Shown here: piece after piece, positions 28,697-38,574 of the stretch | How the letters are laid out: every line of letters starts with the position of its first letter | Position numbering within the stretch: position 1 is the first letter of the stretch | Assembly: GCA_963793865.1 (NCBI GenBank) | Contig: CAWCBP010000001.1 | Location: forward strand, 224,001-288,000 | Length of the DNA stretch: 64,000 nt | Origin: an uncultured delta proteobacterium | GTDB taxonomy: Bacteria; Desulfobacterota; WTBG01 | Direction of reading: 5' to 3' | The notes under the pieces: generated by a model | The model's input: only the letters and a program-made list of their open reading frames with translations | The model's database searches: none | Told to the model about the DNA's origin: nothing | Made by a program: the position numbers and the translations under genes

Positions 28697-29395
28697 TTAC
28701 TCTACCAAGTCACCAACCTCTTGAGCCCAATCGCTAATGTAATTCCAGTCCCGCCAGTCAGCGCTGTCCTTAAAACCCAGTGCCTTTCCCAGGAATCTCA
28801 GAACGATTTTTTCAAAAAGATTGTAGCGGTTCGTATTAAAATCCACCGCTCCGCCGAACAGACCTATCGAGAGCGGGCTGATGGCAGGATACCGGGTAAG
28901 AAGCGGCGTCACAAATGCCTTCCGGACTGCATCCCTGCTTTCAGGGGTGTCTTGATACATGGCAGAGCAGACGATAAAGACAGCAACCGGTTTGGAAGAC
29001 AGGGCTGCATAATAATTTCTTAAAAACCTGCGTGCATCCGGCAGCCAGTTAAATTCATAGATGGCACTGCCGAGTATAACGGCATCATACTGTTCGATAG
29101 ATGAAGTGTTTCCTACAAACCGGACATCCACCTTGAAGCCCCGCGAGCACAATTCCTTGCCTATTTTATCTGCAACCTCGGCAGTTGAGCCGTGTATGGT
29201 GTCGTAGGCAATAAGGATTCTTTTTGCATCCTGGTTCCCACCCTCACAGCTTGCTTCTATCAAATCATCAAACGTCCTGGGATAGGAGAAAAGGTTTGCA
29301 GGCAATGCAAACAGGCTGGAAAATATCAGCAGCATTAAAAGCACTTTTCCGGAAAAGCGAGATAGAAACTTAGATAATTTACCTGGCATATTCAT
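28697..29395 (-). CDS. Flavodoxin-domain protein (HemG/Flavodoxin_5-like) with hydrophobic N-terminal extension
   Basis: ILIAYDTIHGSTAEVA, YDAVILGSAIY, DWRDWNYISDWA. Confidence 0.8.
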   Translation of the reverse strand: MNMPGKLSKFLSRFSGKVLLMLLIFSSLFALPANLFSYPRTFDDLIEASCEGGNQDAKRILIAYDTIHGSTAEVADKIGKELCSRGFKVDVRFVGNTSSIEQYDAVILGSAIYEFNWLPDARRFLRNYYAALSSKPVAVFIVCSAMYQDTPESRDAVRKAFVTPLLTRYPAISPLSIGLFGGAVDFNTNRYNLFEKIVLRFLGKALGFKDSADWRDWNYISDWAQEVGDLVE

Positions 29396-29936
29396 ATGGT
29401 ATCCTTTTGTGGTGAGCGTTGGTGCTGCATACGTTGTCTATACCACACAACAGCCTACAGGGTAAAGGAGAAGGTAGTAAAAGCAAGGGATGATGGATGA
29501 CTGAAAATCCGGTATCGGTGAGGTATTTACAGCTGCTGATTCGATGGCTAGTTATCAGAATGGGGGATTCACTGTTTAGAGTCGTAACGTTGAATGCTGA
29601 TCGGGTGCTTGATGTTCCCTATTTATGGTAGTAATGTTGAGAATTGAAGCACCGGAAATTACAGAGCATACGCAATGAATCTTGGGTATGCACTATATTT
29701 CAGGTTTTTGGCATAAGATGCAGAGATGGCTCATTATGGTCACCCTATATGCAGAGTATGAATGCATAAACACAGGTCTCAAAATCACATTGATAAAAGA
29801 GGTATTCTGTGCTTTAATTTAAAACCACAAGGGCCTTAACAGGTGTTCCGATGAGCGCACTTATTAACATAACCCCGCTTTTTCTCAGACCGTTGAGGGT
29901 CTCTGAATGAGTGGGGTTATCTATTTGGGGAATATT

Positions 29937-32542
29937 ATGAGAAAGATCTTGCTCGGATTTGTATGTCTGCTTATTGCTATTACTGGCGTTAGCCTCAAAA
30001 TTGCTTGTGCATCCTGGTGCGTTGAGGCAGTTGATGCACGGAAGGATTTTGATCACTGGACAATAGCATTAGATGGCAATAATAATCCTCACATTCCTTA
30101 TTGGGGTGATCATTTCTACTACACCTATTATGACGGTAGCACCTGGCACTATGAAACGGTTAATACCACACCTGAGGTAAACAGTATCTCCTCCTTCGTC
30201 CTGGACCCGGAAGGGAAGGCACATATCAGCTATCGAGATAAAACCGATGGTGACCTCAAGTATGCCACCAATAAGAGTGGGTATTGGGTAGTAGAAACAG
30301 TGGATAGTGAAGGATCTATATATCCCTACACCCCTCTTGCCCTGGATTCAGATGGGAAGGCGCACATCAGCTATAGCTATTATGATAGCTATTTTGGTTA
30401 TGGACTCAAGTATGCCACTAATACGAGTGGTGACTGGGTAGTTGAGACAGTGGATGGCGGGGGGGGGACTACTGAAGTTATCCTAGACTCTGCCCTAGAC
30501 TCTGATAAGAAGGTGCATATCATTCACCCTCGCAACGGCTACCTCACGTATACCACTAACAAGAGTGGTTCCTGGATTTCAGAAACGGTGGATAATGATG
30601 GATATGCACAGCTCCTCGGCTCCCTTGTTTTGGACCAGGCAAGGAAGGCATATATCAGCTATCAAGATCAAACTAACCGTGTTCTCAAGTATGCCACCAA
30701 TAAAAGTGGAGCCTGGGTAAAGGAGACGGTTGACGGTCCTGTGACCTTCTACACCAGTATCTCCGTGGCCCTTGATTCAGAAGGGAAGGTGCATATTGGA
30801 TATAGTGATTATAATAATAATAACGAAGACCTCAAATATGCCACCAATGAAAGTGGGGCCTGGGTAAAGGAGACTATTAATGAAAGTTATGAAAATGCAG
30901 TTCAATGCTCCTCCCTGCTCCTAGACTCTGATGGGAAGGCGCACATCAGTTACTCTGCCGCATTACGGATGGGCTGAGTATGACCAAGAGCAAAGTGGGC
31001 CTGGGTAAAAGAAACGGTTGCGGATACCTCTCTATAGGCTACAACATCTTACTCTCTCTTGCCCTTGATCCAGGGGGGAAGGCACATATTATCTATAATG
31101 ATGATACTAATGGTGACCTCAAGTATGCCACTAATACGAGTGGTGTCTGGGTAACTGAGAAACTCGATAGTTACGGAGATGTTGGCTCGTATTCCTCCCT
31201 TGCCCTGGACTCAGGAGGGAAAGCGCACATCGGCTATAATAATTATTTATTTAAAGGTCTCACTTATGCTACCAATGAGAGTGGCTTGTGGGAAAAGGAA
31301 CTAATACACGGTGGTGGGGAATCAAGGTCAGTCACCCTCGTCCTGGACTCGGAAGGAAAGGCGCATATCGGTTTCGAAGAGTACACACCATTCGATTCGG
31401 TTATCAATTATTCTACCAATCAGAGCGGTACCTGGATAACGGAGGGAGTGGCGTCGCGAATTTGTGATACGTTTTGCGAGCATGTGAATTCCCCATCCCT
31501 TGCCTTGGATACAGAGGGTAGCGCACATCTTAGCTATGGGGATGTGAATCTTCCTCCTTTGGGTTGGGCTGGCCTCACGTATGCTACCAATGAGAGCGGG
31601 GATTGGTTAAAAGAGGGTGTGGATTACTCTTTTGGAAACGCACGCTTCACCTCACTCGCCCTTGATGCCGAGGGAAAAGCGCATATCAGCTATTATGATT
31701 ATAATAACGATGATCTCAAGTATGCGACCAATGAAAGTGGCTCATGGGTAAAGGAGACCGTGGATACCACTGGAGATGTGGGGCAATACACATCCCTTGC
31801 CCTCGACGCAGCAGGGAAGCCACATATTAGCTATTATGATACTACTAATGGTGATCTCAAGTATACCACTAATACGAGTGGTGTCTGGGAAACTGAGACC
31901 GCGGATATCAATGGAGATGTGGGGCAATACACTTCTCTCATCTTGGACTCAGGAGGCAAGGCATATATCAGCTATTATGATGCTAGCAATGGTGACCTCA
32001 AATACGCCACCAATAAGAGTGGGGATTGGGTAGTAGAAACAGTGGATAGCGAAGGAGATGTCGGGCAATATACCTCTCTTGCACTTGATTCATGTGGGAG
32101 GTCACACATCAGCTATTATGATGCCACCAACGGTGACCTCAAGTATGCTCGACAGTTTTGTGGAATGGATTTTGACTGTGATTACATTCTCGATATGGAG
32201 GACAACTGTCCCAAGGATTATAATCCCAACCAGGAAGACACCTATCCCCCGCAGGGCAACAGCATCGGCGATGCCTGCGAGTGCGAAGGTAATTTCAACT
32301 GCTCGGCAGATCAGGACGTTGACGGGAGCGATGCGGCCTTATTTAAGGTGGATTTTGGGAGAAGTGGAATATTAGACCCCTGTACTGGTGGAAGCCTCTG
32401 CAACGGTGACTTCAACTGCGACGGTGATGCTGATGGCACTGATGCAGCCCTGTTCAAAGCCGACTTTGGCCGAAGTTCGATGCAGAACCCATGCCCTGCG
32501 TGTGTAGCGGGGGTGGAGTGGTGTAGTTATCCATTACCATAA
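29937..32542 (+). CDS. Secreted repeat (putative beta-propeller) protein with TSP3-like and dockerin-like C-terminus; frameshifted near 30955-31040
   Basis: Signal peptide MRKILLGFVCLLIA; about 14 repeats of about 50 aa (SLALDSxGKAHISYYDxTNGDLKYATNxSGxW) continuing across two ORFs; DNCPxxxNPxQxD; twin DxDGxDAALFKxDFG. Confidence 0.75.
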
Positions 32543-32565
32543 TGAATGTATGCTTTAGATTAACA

Positions 32566-32595
32566 AAGCCTCTCGGGAACAAATCTGAGAGGCTT
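32566..32595 (+). terminator. Probable terminator hairpin
   Basis: AAGCCTCTC-12 nt-GAGAGGCTT just after the stop codon. Confidence 0.5.
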
Positions 32596-32850
32596 GTTCT
32601 ATATATGCCGGGCACAAAATGTAGCGGTGCTATGATTGAAGGAAATATTCAAGTTCTACAAATATGGGCAACAATCTCAAGGCACGAATAGTTTCCACTA
32701 CAGTATGTAACCTGCATTATCGGGGTGTTCAACACTTACTTGCAATTATATGGTGACTATCTGTCATTGAGGGAATGTAATAATTTGATAATGTAATGTT
32801 TAGCAGAGCTTTTATTATTACCGGTAACTATGGATTCCCAGATGATCTTT

Positions 32851-33543
32851 TTAGAGCGTTTTATCCGCTCGCTGTTCTGCCAGAAAGTCCTGCAGGTTCT
32901 GTGTCCAGTAGTCGATGGCGTCCTTAACCGTGTGCCATTCATCAAACTTGTTGAATTCTCCCGTGACCTTGCTCCCAACCCTGTGATCGACAGCAGCAGC
33001 AAGACGCTTGCCCGTTTGGCTGTCCAGAAGCTCGGCTTCAATGCCGGCCGCCCCAACAAAGGAATGCTTTCCCGTGATTGCGGCTTTCAGGGCACTGATC
33101 GCAAGCCCGACAGGCACAACGGTGGACACGGTGTCCAGAGGGACATTGGAGCGATCAGCCTGGGTAAGCGCTATACGTAGCCGAATCACGCCGGGACCGG
33201 CCTTCTGTACGAACGTATAATCCTTTGAAAGATGGTCCCGCACAGCCGCATCGAGATAATTCAGCAGTGCCTGCCACTCTTCGTATGAAATATCATCCAT
33301 CCTGTGTTCGGTCGAGGCAAACAGCTTGACCGGGTCCATAAGAATGCTCTTGTATGATTTGAAGTTTGCCAGCGGGTCGACATACCGGAGCTGCGCCTTG
33401 TCGCCCTTTGTGAGCTGCGAATAGTCCTTTAAAAATTCCGCCTTTTCCGTGCTGCGTGCCTGATGGGTTACGCAGCCGCCAAGCAGCACAAGCACGCACA
33501 AACCGGCTATTACCATAACAACATTGCCTTTTTGACTATTCAT
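32851..33543 (-). CDS. DUF3313-family lipoprotein
   Basis: Lipobox LLGGC; FLKDYSQL, IRLRIALT, EAELLDSQTGKRLAAAVD; RBS AAGGAG before MNSQK. Confidence 0.75.
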   Translation of the reverse strand: MNSQKGNVVMVIAGLCVLVLLGGCVTHQARSTEKAEFLKDYSQLTKGDKAQLRYVDPLANFKSYKSILMDPVKLFASTEHRMDDISYEEWQALLNYLDAAVRDHLSKDYTFVQKAGPGVIRLRIALTQADRSNVPLDTVSTVVPVGLAISALKAAITGKHSFVGAAGIEAELLDSQTGKRLAAAVDHRVGSKVTGEFNKFDEWHTVKDAIDYWTQNLQDFLAEQRADKTL

Positions 33544-33691
33544 GGTTCTGCTCTCCTTTTGATTAATGGTTAGGAAACAATCTCTTCTCATCTTATCAGC
33601 CACGCTCATATTCAGCTGCTGCGAAGATGATTAATTATATCAGGGTACGAATAGTTTGTCTTATGGAATATTGGTTTGATGTTGTGCGACG

Positions 33692-33760
33692 CAAGGGTTC
33701 AAGGGTAAAAAAAAAGCGAAACGACACTTGAACCCTAGAATCCTCGGACCCTTGGCCCCT
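33692..33760. repeat. Inverted degenerate 8-bp tandem repeats
   Basis: CAAGGGTT CAAGGGT ... CACTTGAA CCCTAGAA TCCTCGGA CCCTTGGC CCCT. Confidence 0.55.
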
Positions 33761-34004
33761 AAACTAACGCCTTTAGGAGGTAGTGTTTTGCTAATGCTTA
33801 TTGAAATTTTGTTTGACTGCGTCAATCCGTTTAAATTAATATTATGACTGTGGTGATTGGGTATCATAATCTAATCGAGTGCGCTTAGGGATAGAGAATC
33901 AGAACGAATAGTTCCAAGGCAATGCCGTTTATGTGGTCCTTTCTAATTAATCATGATAGGTCAGTCTTCCGTAATAGGGCAGAGACAAAGAAAGGAGGAG
34001 CATA

Positions 34005-34833
34005 ATGCATACGAGAATGAAACAACTTTCAGCGTGGCGGTTGGTACTGGTTATTGCAACTCTTAGGTGTATCCGCATGTTCCCTGGGGCCCAGTGATGA
34101 GGCACTGACCAAGTCGATTGAGTCGAAGTTTTATGCCGAACCGCAATTGAAGGCCGCGTCGATTCAGATTGCGGTGGCCAAGGGGGAGGCGACCTTGTCA
34201 GGTGAGGTATCAAGTGAAGACATTCGCCGGAAGGCACTTGAAACCGCGCTCGTAACTGAGGGGGTCAGGAAGGTCAACGACCTGATGAAGGTCATGATCA
34301 CTATCCCAGCGGGGACCGAGGTGCAGGTCACCATGATCGATTCAATCAATTCCAAGTCAAGCCAGGTCGGCTCCCTGTTTCGCTCCTCGTTGCATGCGCC
34401 TATTACGTCGGGCGATCAGGTCATTATACCCGCCGGGACAGACGTATATGTAAAACTGGTTCATGCCAAGTCGGCAGGGAGCATCAAGGGGTCGAGCGAA
34501 CTTGAAGTTATCTTGGACCATCTGGTGACGCAGAGTGAGTCAATTCCTTTGGACAGCAGCACGGTTAGACAGAAGGGGGCATCCCGCGGCAGGCAGACTG
34601 CAAAAAGAAGCGCGATTGCAGGTGGGGCCGGCGCAATACTCGGGGGCATTATCGGGGGAGGAAAGGGGGCGGCGATTGGCGCGAGCGTTGGAGCAGGTGG
34701 AACCCTGGCATACCAGGCACTGACCAAAGGCCCGGAGATCAGGATACCCGCTCAAACCAGGCTGAATTTCACCCTTGCCGAGTCGTTTCAGGTTCCTCAG
34801 CCTCAGCAAGCTAACGCGTCAACCGTTCCCTAA
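34005..34833 (+). CDS. BON-domain lipoprotein with C-terminal glycine-zipper region; frameshift near 34060
   Basis: RBS AAGGAGGAG + ATG 34005 signal peptide shifts into VSAC lipobox frame; BON (GEATLSGEV...GVRKVNDLM); GAILGGIIGGGKGAAIGA. Confidence 0.7.
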
Positions 34834-34852
34834 TTAGTTTATAGTTAAATTG

Positions 34853-34881
34853 TTGACAGATGAACCATTAAAATATATAAA
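34853..34881 (+). promoter_or_regulatory. sigma70-type promoter
   Basis: TTGACA-17 bp-TATAAA. Confidence 0.6.
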
Positions 34882-34991
34882 TTCCCCAAATTTATTAATG
34901 CATGCTTTTCTCTAATAACAAAACGAGAGATCATCAAACAAAGGTATAAGGTCATGAATTTTGTGCAGTCGATCTACAAGGAGAAGAGACG

Positions 34992-36449
34992 ATGAGAGTA
35001 CTTTTTTTGCAGCCGCCTCTGGGTGCCTGGGTGTACTGGGGCAATCATAAGCCCATTAATGTGAGCCATGCCCAGATGACCGCCTGCGTGCGGGAATGGG
35101 TGCCGGGCGCGGATGTGCGGGTGCTTGACTGCCGTGCCTTAAGCCTGGATATTCAGCAGATGCTCAAGGCCATCGAGGAAATCAACCCGGATTTGATCTA
35201 TATGGGGGATGCCTACCAGATGACCGAGACCATCGCCATCGTGCCCCACTATCAAAACGCGGCGAAGTTTATCAAAAAGGCGCGTCCCCACACGCCCATT
35301 TGCGTGGGAGGGTTTTATATCGCGGCAAACTATCAAAGCGTTGCCGAAGAGACACCCGATTTTGATTTTCTGATCGCCGGGGAGCCGGAGATGACCTTTA
35401 CCGAGCTATGCAAGGAATTGAGCAAACCAAAACCGGACCTTGCCTCGGTGAAGGGATTGGTGCACCGTCAGAATGGAAGCATAAAGATCAACGAATACCG
35501 TCCTTTGATGAAAAACCTGGATGAGCTTCCCATGCCGGCATATGATCTCTTTCCCATGGATAAATATCAGGGATGGAGCACGCTGAAACACTATCAGGAG
35601 ATATTTACCTCCCGGGGATGTCCCTTCGGATGCGGCTTCTGTATCGACTGGGTTACCATGGACCCGCGGGGAAACAGGGACTGGCAGCGGTACCGGATCA
35701 AGTCAGCCGCACGGGTGGTGGACGAGCTGGAGCTCCTGGAAAAAAAGTACGGGGTGCAGTGCGTCCATATCTATGATCTCAACTTTAATCCCAGGAGAAG
35801 CCGGGTTGAAGAATTTCTCAAGGAAATGCAGAACCGGAAGCTCGGCATCAAATACTGCTTCCTGGGCAATGCCCATTCATTTGTTCGGGACAGAGACCTG
35901 CTCGAGGACCTGCATGAAACCGGCTTTATTTCCGGTGTCTTCGGCCTGGAGGTGGCGGATGAGGATGAATTGAAAAAAATGAACAAAGGCATTACGGTTG
36001 ATGAGGTGCGGGAGGTTACGGCGCAATTCAGGAAATTCGGAATTGCATCGGTGATTACCTGGATGATTGGTTTCCCCGATGATGATGAACGGATAATAAA
36101 GCACCGATTGCAGGTACTGGATGAGATTGACCCTGATGTTTCGTCACTTCAGATGCTGCTGCCGGTACCCGGAATGCCCATGTATGAGGAATTGAAGAAC
36201 TACATCGAGGTACATGACCTTAAAAAATGGGATTTTCACCAGCCGGTGGTGCGCACCAAGCATCTGACCAGGGAGCAGCTCGGAGCAATGGCTGTCTGGG
36301 CGAACCAGGAATTCTACGGCAAGAAAAACCGTGTGGAGAGGGTCCTTGCAAGTCCGGTATTGCATCCGTTCAGCAAGGCCATTTTTCAAAGCTACATGGC
36401 GGGTATGGAAGAATATGCGGAGAAGGCCAGCGGCAAACAGGTGGCCTGA
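34992..36449 (+). CDS. Cobalamin-binding radical SAM protein (class B/BchE-like)
   Basis: N-terminal B12-binding domain (VLDC, ICVGG, GEPE); TSRGCPFGCGFC; FGLE; IGFP. Confidence 0.85.
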   Translation: MRVLFLQPPLGAWVYWGNHKPINVSHAQMTACVREWVPGADVRVLDCRALSLDIQQMLKAIEEINPDLIYMGDAYQMTETIAIVPHYQNAAKFIKKARPHTPICVGGFYIAANYQSVAEETPDFDFLIAGEPEMTFTELCKELSKPKPDLASVKGLVHRQNGSIKINEYRPLMKNLDELPMPAYDLFPMDKYQGWSTLKHYQEIFTSRGCPFGCGFCIDWVTMDPRGNRDWQRYRIKSAARVVDELELLEKKYGVQCVHIYDLNFNPRRSRVEEFLKEMQNRKLGIKYCFLGNAHSFVRDRDLLEDLHETGFISGVFGLEVADEDELKKMNKGITVDEVREVTAQFRKFGIASVITWMIGFPDDDERIIKHRLQVLDEIDPDVSSLQMLLPVPGMPMYEELKNYIEVHDLKKWDFHQPVVRTKHLTREQLGAMAVWANQEFYGKKNRVERVLASPVLHPFSKAIFQSYMAGMEEYAEKASGKQVA

Positions 36450-36502
36450 ACCGTTTTGGGGTCTCCACATGACCGGCGGGGGAAGAATGATCTAGCGATG
36501 TG

Positions 36503-36526
36503 AAAAAAAGCAGTCGAAGACCTGCT
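36503..36526 (-). terminator. Intrinsic terminator (minus strand, after CMD gene)
   Basis: Minus strand AGCAG-GTCTTCGA-CTGCT followed by T-tract. Confidence 0.55.
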
Positions 36527-36541
36527 GTGGAAACTAATGGA

Positions 36542-36587
36542 AAAGACGATAGCCATTACAATGTTCTTCTGTGTGGCTATCGTCTTT
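36542..36587. repeat. Perfect 14-bp inverted repeat between convergent genes
   Basis: AAAGACGATAGCCA-18 nt-TGGCTATCGTCTTT. Confidence 0.7.
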
Positions 36588-36698
36588 CTCTTTAAGTTTG
36601 CGAAAATAGTCTTTAATCCCACGCAAGGTTTATTGGCAGTATTGTCAAGAAATTGTAACAAAACCCATGGATGAATGATAGCAGCATCGGTCCTCTTA

Positions 36699-37004
36699 TT
36701 ACATTTCTTTGAAAACCGAATATGCCTCCATGAATGTGGGAAACCCCGTTGTCTGGATTAGAAGGAGCAGGGTATGCATAATTTCCTCATCCGTTGCTCC
36801 TGCTTCACGGGCCCTGGTAATATGTGTCTCCAAGGCCAATCTGTGGCTGCTTGCACCTGAAATTGCTACCTTCATGAGCCATCGGGTCTTCTCAGGGAGA
36901 GGACCCGATTTTTCATGAATCTCGTTCCCCAATGCTTCGTAGGCTTTAATAATGGCCGGAAACTCCTTTTTAAACTTTGTGAAAGTAACATGGACATCTT
37001 TCAT
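36699..37004 (-). CDS. Carboxymuconolactone decarboxylase (CMD/AhpD-like) family protein
   Basis: GPLPEKTRWLMKVAI...LETHITRAREAGATDEEI...TTGFP; RBS AAGGAG. Confidence 0.85.
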   Translation of the reverse strand: MKDVHVTFTKFKKEFPAIIKAYEALGNEIHEKSGPLPEKTRWLMKVAISGASSHRLALETHITRAREAGATDEEIMHTLLLLIQTTGFPTFMEAYSVFKEM

Positions 37005-37037
37005 GAGAAACTCCTTTTAAAAAGGATTGCCTGGGAG

Positions 37038-37083
37038 AAAACAAAACAACCGTCTCAGGCATACTCCTCACCTGATGACGGTT
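37038..37083 (-). terminator. Attenuator hairpin upstream of CMD gene
   Basis: Minus strand AACCGTC(A)TCAGG-11 nt-CCTGAGACGGTT then GTTTTGTTTT. Confidence 0.65.
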
Positions 37084-37124
37084 ACAATGGTTACAGTAAC
37101 GACACCAAAGCTTTTAACAATCAT
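37068..37124 (-). CDS. Putative Val/Ile/Thr-rich attenuation leader peptide MIVKSFGVVTVTIVTVIR
   Basis: 18 codons, 12 of them V/I/T with 10 consecutive; G-rich RBS; last codons overlap the 5' arm of the terminator. Confidence 0.6.
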   Translation of the reverse strand: MIVKSFGVVTVTIVTVIR

Positions 37125-37200
37125 CCCCCCACCCATTTCCGTTGCCTTTTTTAATTAAAAGATTTTAATGGATTATTGAATAAAATAAACCTTTTAATTT

Positions 37201-37229
37201 CTTGTAATCCTCCAATTTTTCTTTGTCAA
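37201..37229 (-). promoter_or_regulatory. Possible sigma70 promoter for the leader/CMD transcript
   Basis: Minus strand TTGACA-17 bp-TACAAG. Confidence 0.4.
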
Positions 37230-37452
37230 TCAAAATATTTCTTATTGCAACGCACGTTTTACCTTCTCTAAGGTGTTCGGCAAATCCCTCACCCGGGCAC
37301 CCGCTACTTTTGCTAATAGATGCGCCAAGGTAATTCTATCCCCGGATGCCCCAGTTTAAAAATTTTGAGGTCGAAATTACTAATTCGCAAGTAAGGCTAC
37401 CGATCAGCACCCCAGATTATGAAATCATTGCGTTTAAACTAGACACTACCAG

Positions 37453-37863
37453 TTAGTCTTTGTGATACGCAAAGCCTTCACATGAGGCAATCAGCTTTCC
37501 GCCTTTGCCGGTAACCTGGATTTTCCACAGGCTCACTTTTCTGCCGGTAAAAAGGGGTGTTGCCTCAGCGACGATCTTTTCTCCCTCGGCGGCTCCCCTG
37601 GTAAAGTTAACGGTGAAGCTCAACGCGATCCCCTTGTATCCGCCGGAACAGCAGGCCACCGCGAATGCCTGGTCGGCAACGGCATAGACTGAGATGCCGT
37701 GTCCCCTGCCTAAGGCGTTGAGATATTGAGGTTTGATTACCAGCGAACAGCGGGCATACTCCTTTCTCACTTCCTCCACCTTTATTCCCAGGTAGGTGGC
37801 CATGGGGTCCTTGCCCACGATCTCTCTCGCATAGTAAAAAGGGTCTTCTTCCTTTTTAGTCAT
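37453..37863 (-). CDS. PaaI-family hotdog thioesterase
   Basis: YLNALGRGHG...VADQAFAVAC; in operon with paaK. Confidence 0.85.
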   Translation of the reverse strand: MTKKEEDPFYYAREIVGKDPMATYLGIKVEEVRKEYARCSLVIKPQYLNALGRGHGISVYAVADQAFAVACCSGGYKGIALSFTVNFTRGAAEGEKIVAEATPLFTGRKVSLWKIQVTGKGGKLIASCEGFAYHKD

Positions 37864-37875
37864 GCCAAACTCCTC

Positions 37876-38307
37876 TCACATCTCGTACACTTTCTTTCCG
37901 GAAATGATTTTCACGCCATGTTCTGAAAGCACGCGTATGGCGCTGTCATTATCGTCAAACCTGAATATTATGATTGCGTCATCAGACCGGTGCTCAAGAA
38001 AGGCGTACATGTATTCCACATTGATCTTTTCCTGCTCCAAAAAGGAAAGCACTTGTGCCAGCCCGCCCGGCTTGTCAGGAACCTCAACCGCGACAACCTC
38101 GGTTTTACTCACCGTGATGCCGTTTTCCTTTAAGATCCTGACAGCCTTTTCATTGTCATTGACGATGCAGCGCAGTATGCCGAAGTCGGAAGAATCGGAG
38201 ATGGTGAGTGTCCGGATATTTACCCCCGCACTCCCCAGAAGTCTGGCAACCTCGGATAATCTCCCAAACTTATTTTCCAGAAAAATGGATATTTGTTCGA
38301 CTTTCAT
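37876..38307 (-). CDS. Tandem ACT-domain protein
   Basis: QISIFLENKFGRL...DFGILR; VPDKPGGL...INVEYMY; usual paaK neighbour. Confidence 0.9.
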   Translation of the reverse strand: MKVEQISIFLENKFGRLSEVARLLGSAGVNIRTLTISDSSDFGILRCIVNDNEKAVRILKENGITVSKTEVVAVEVPDKPGGLAQVLSFLEQEKINVEYMYAFLEHRSDDAIIIFRFDDNDSAIRVLSEHGVKIISGKKVYEM

Positions 38308-38348
38308 GGTGGTCTCCTTTTGAGGAGTTTGTGATGTTAATACTTAGA

Positions 38349-38572
38349 GATATGCGATAGGAACGATCTGGGATATGCGATGTAAAAAGGCGATGTGCGA
38401 TGTGTGATCTGCGATGTGCGATAGAAAACTGCTCATTTAATACTTTTAGTTTTTTTCCCCAACCTGGATATTTATCTGTCGCCCGTACTGCATTTCAGAT
38501 CTCAAAACCCACATCTCACATCTCATATCAGAGATCGCCTATCGCACATCCCAGATCCCAGATCGCACATCC
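38349..38572. repeat. Two inverted arrays of degenerate 7-bp repeats
   Basis: Left GATRTGC-type units 38349-38424; right 11 units CASATCN 38496-38572 (reverse complement of the left type). Confidence 0.8.
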
Positions 38573-38574
38573 CC

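Noticed and set aside
29709..29723. sigma54-like TGGCAT...TGCA upstream of the repeat protein
   Set aside because: GG-to-GC spacing is one base short of the strict -24/-12 requirement
30200..32150. Recurring GGTGACCTCAAGTATGCCAC motif resembling repeat-spacer structure
   Set aside because: It encodes the GDLKYAT protein repeat with synonymous variation
36537..36674. 45-aa hydrophobic ORF (MEKTIAITMFFCVAIVFLFKF...) as a type I toxin
   Set aside because: No clear RBS; the hydrophobicity largely follows from the inverted repeat and T-rich sequence
37250..37445. Unexplained 200-bp spacer after paaI
   Set aside because: No convincing ORF, hairpin or RNA motif that I can support by eye
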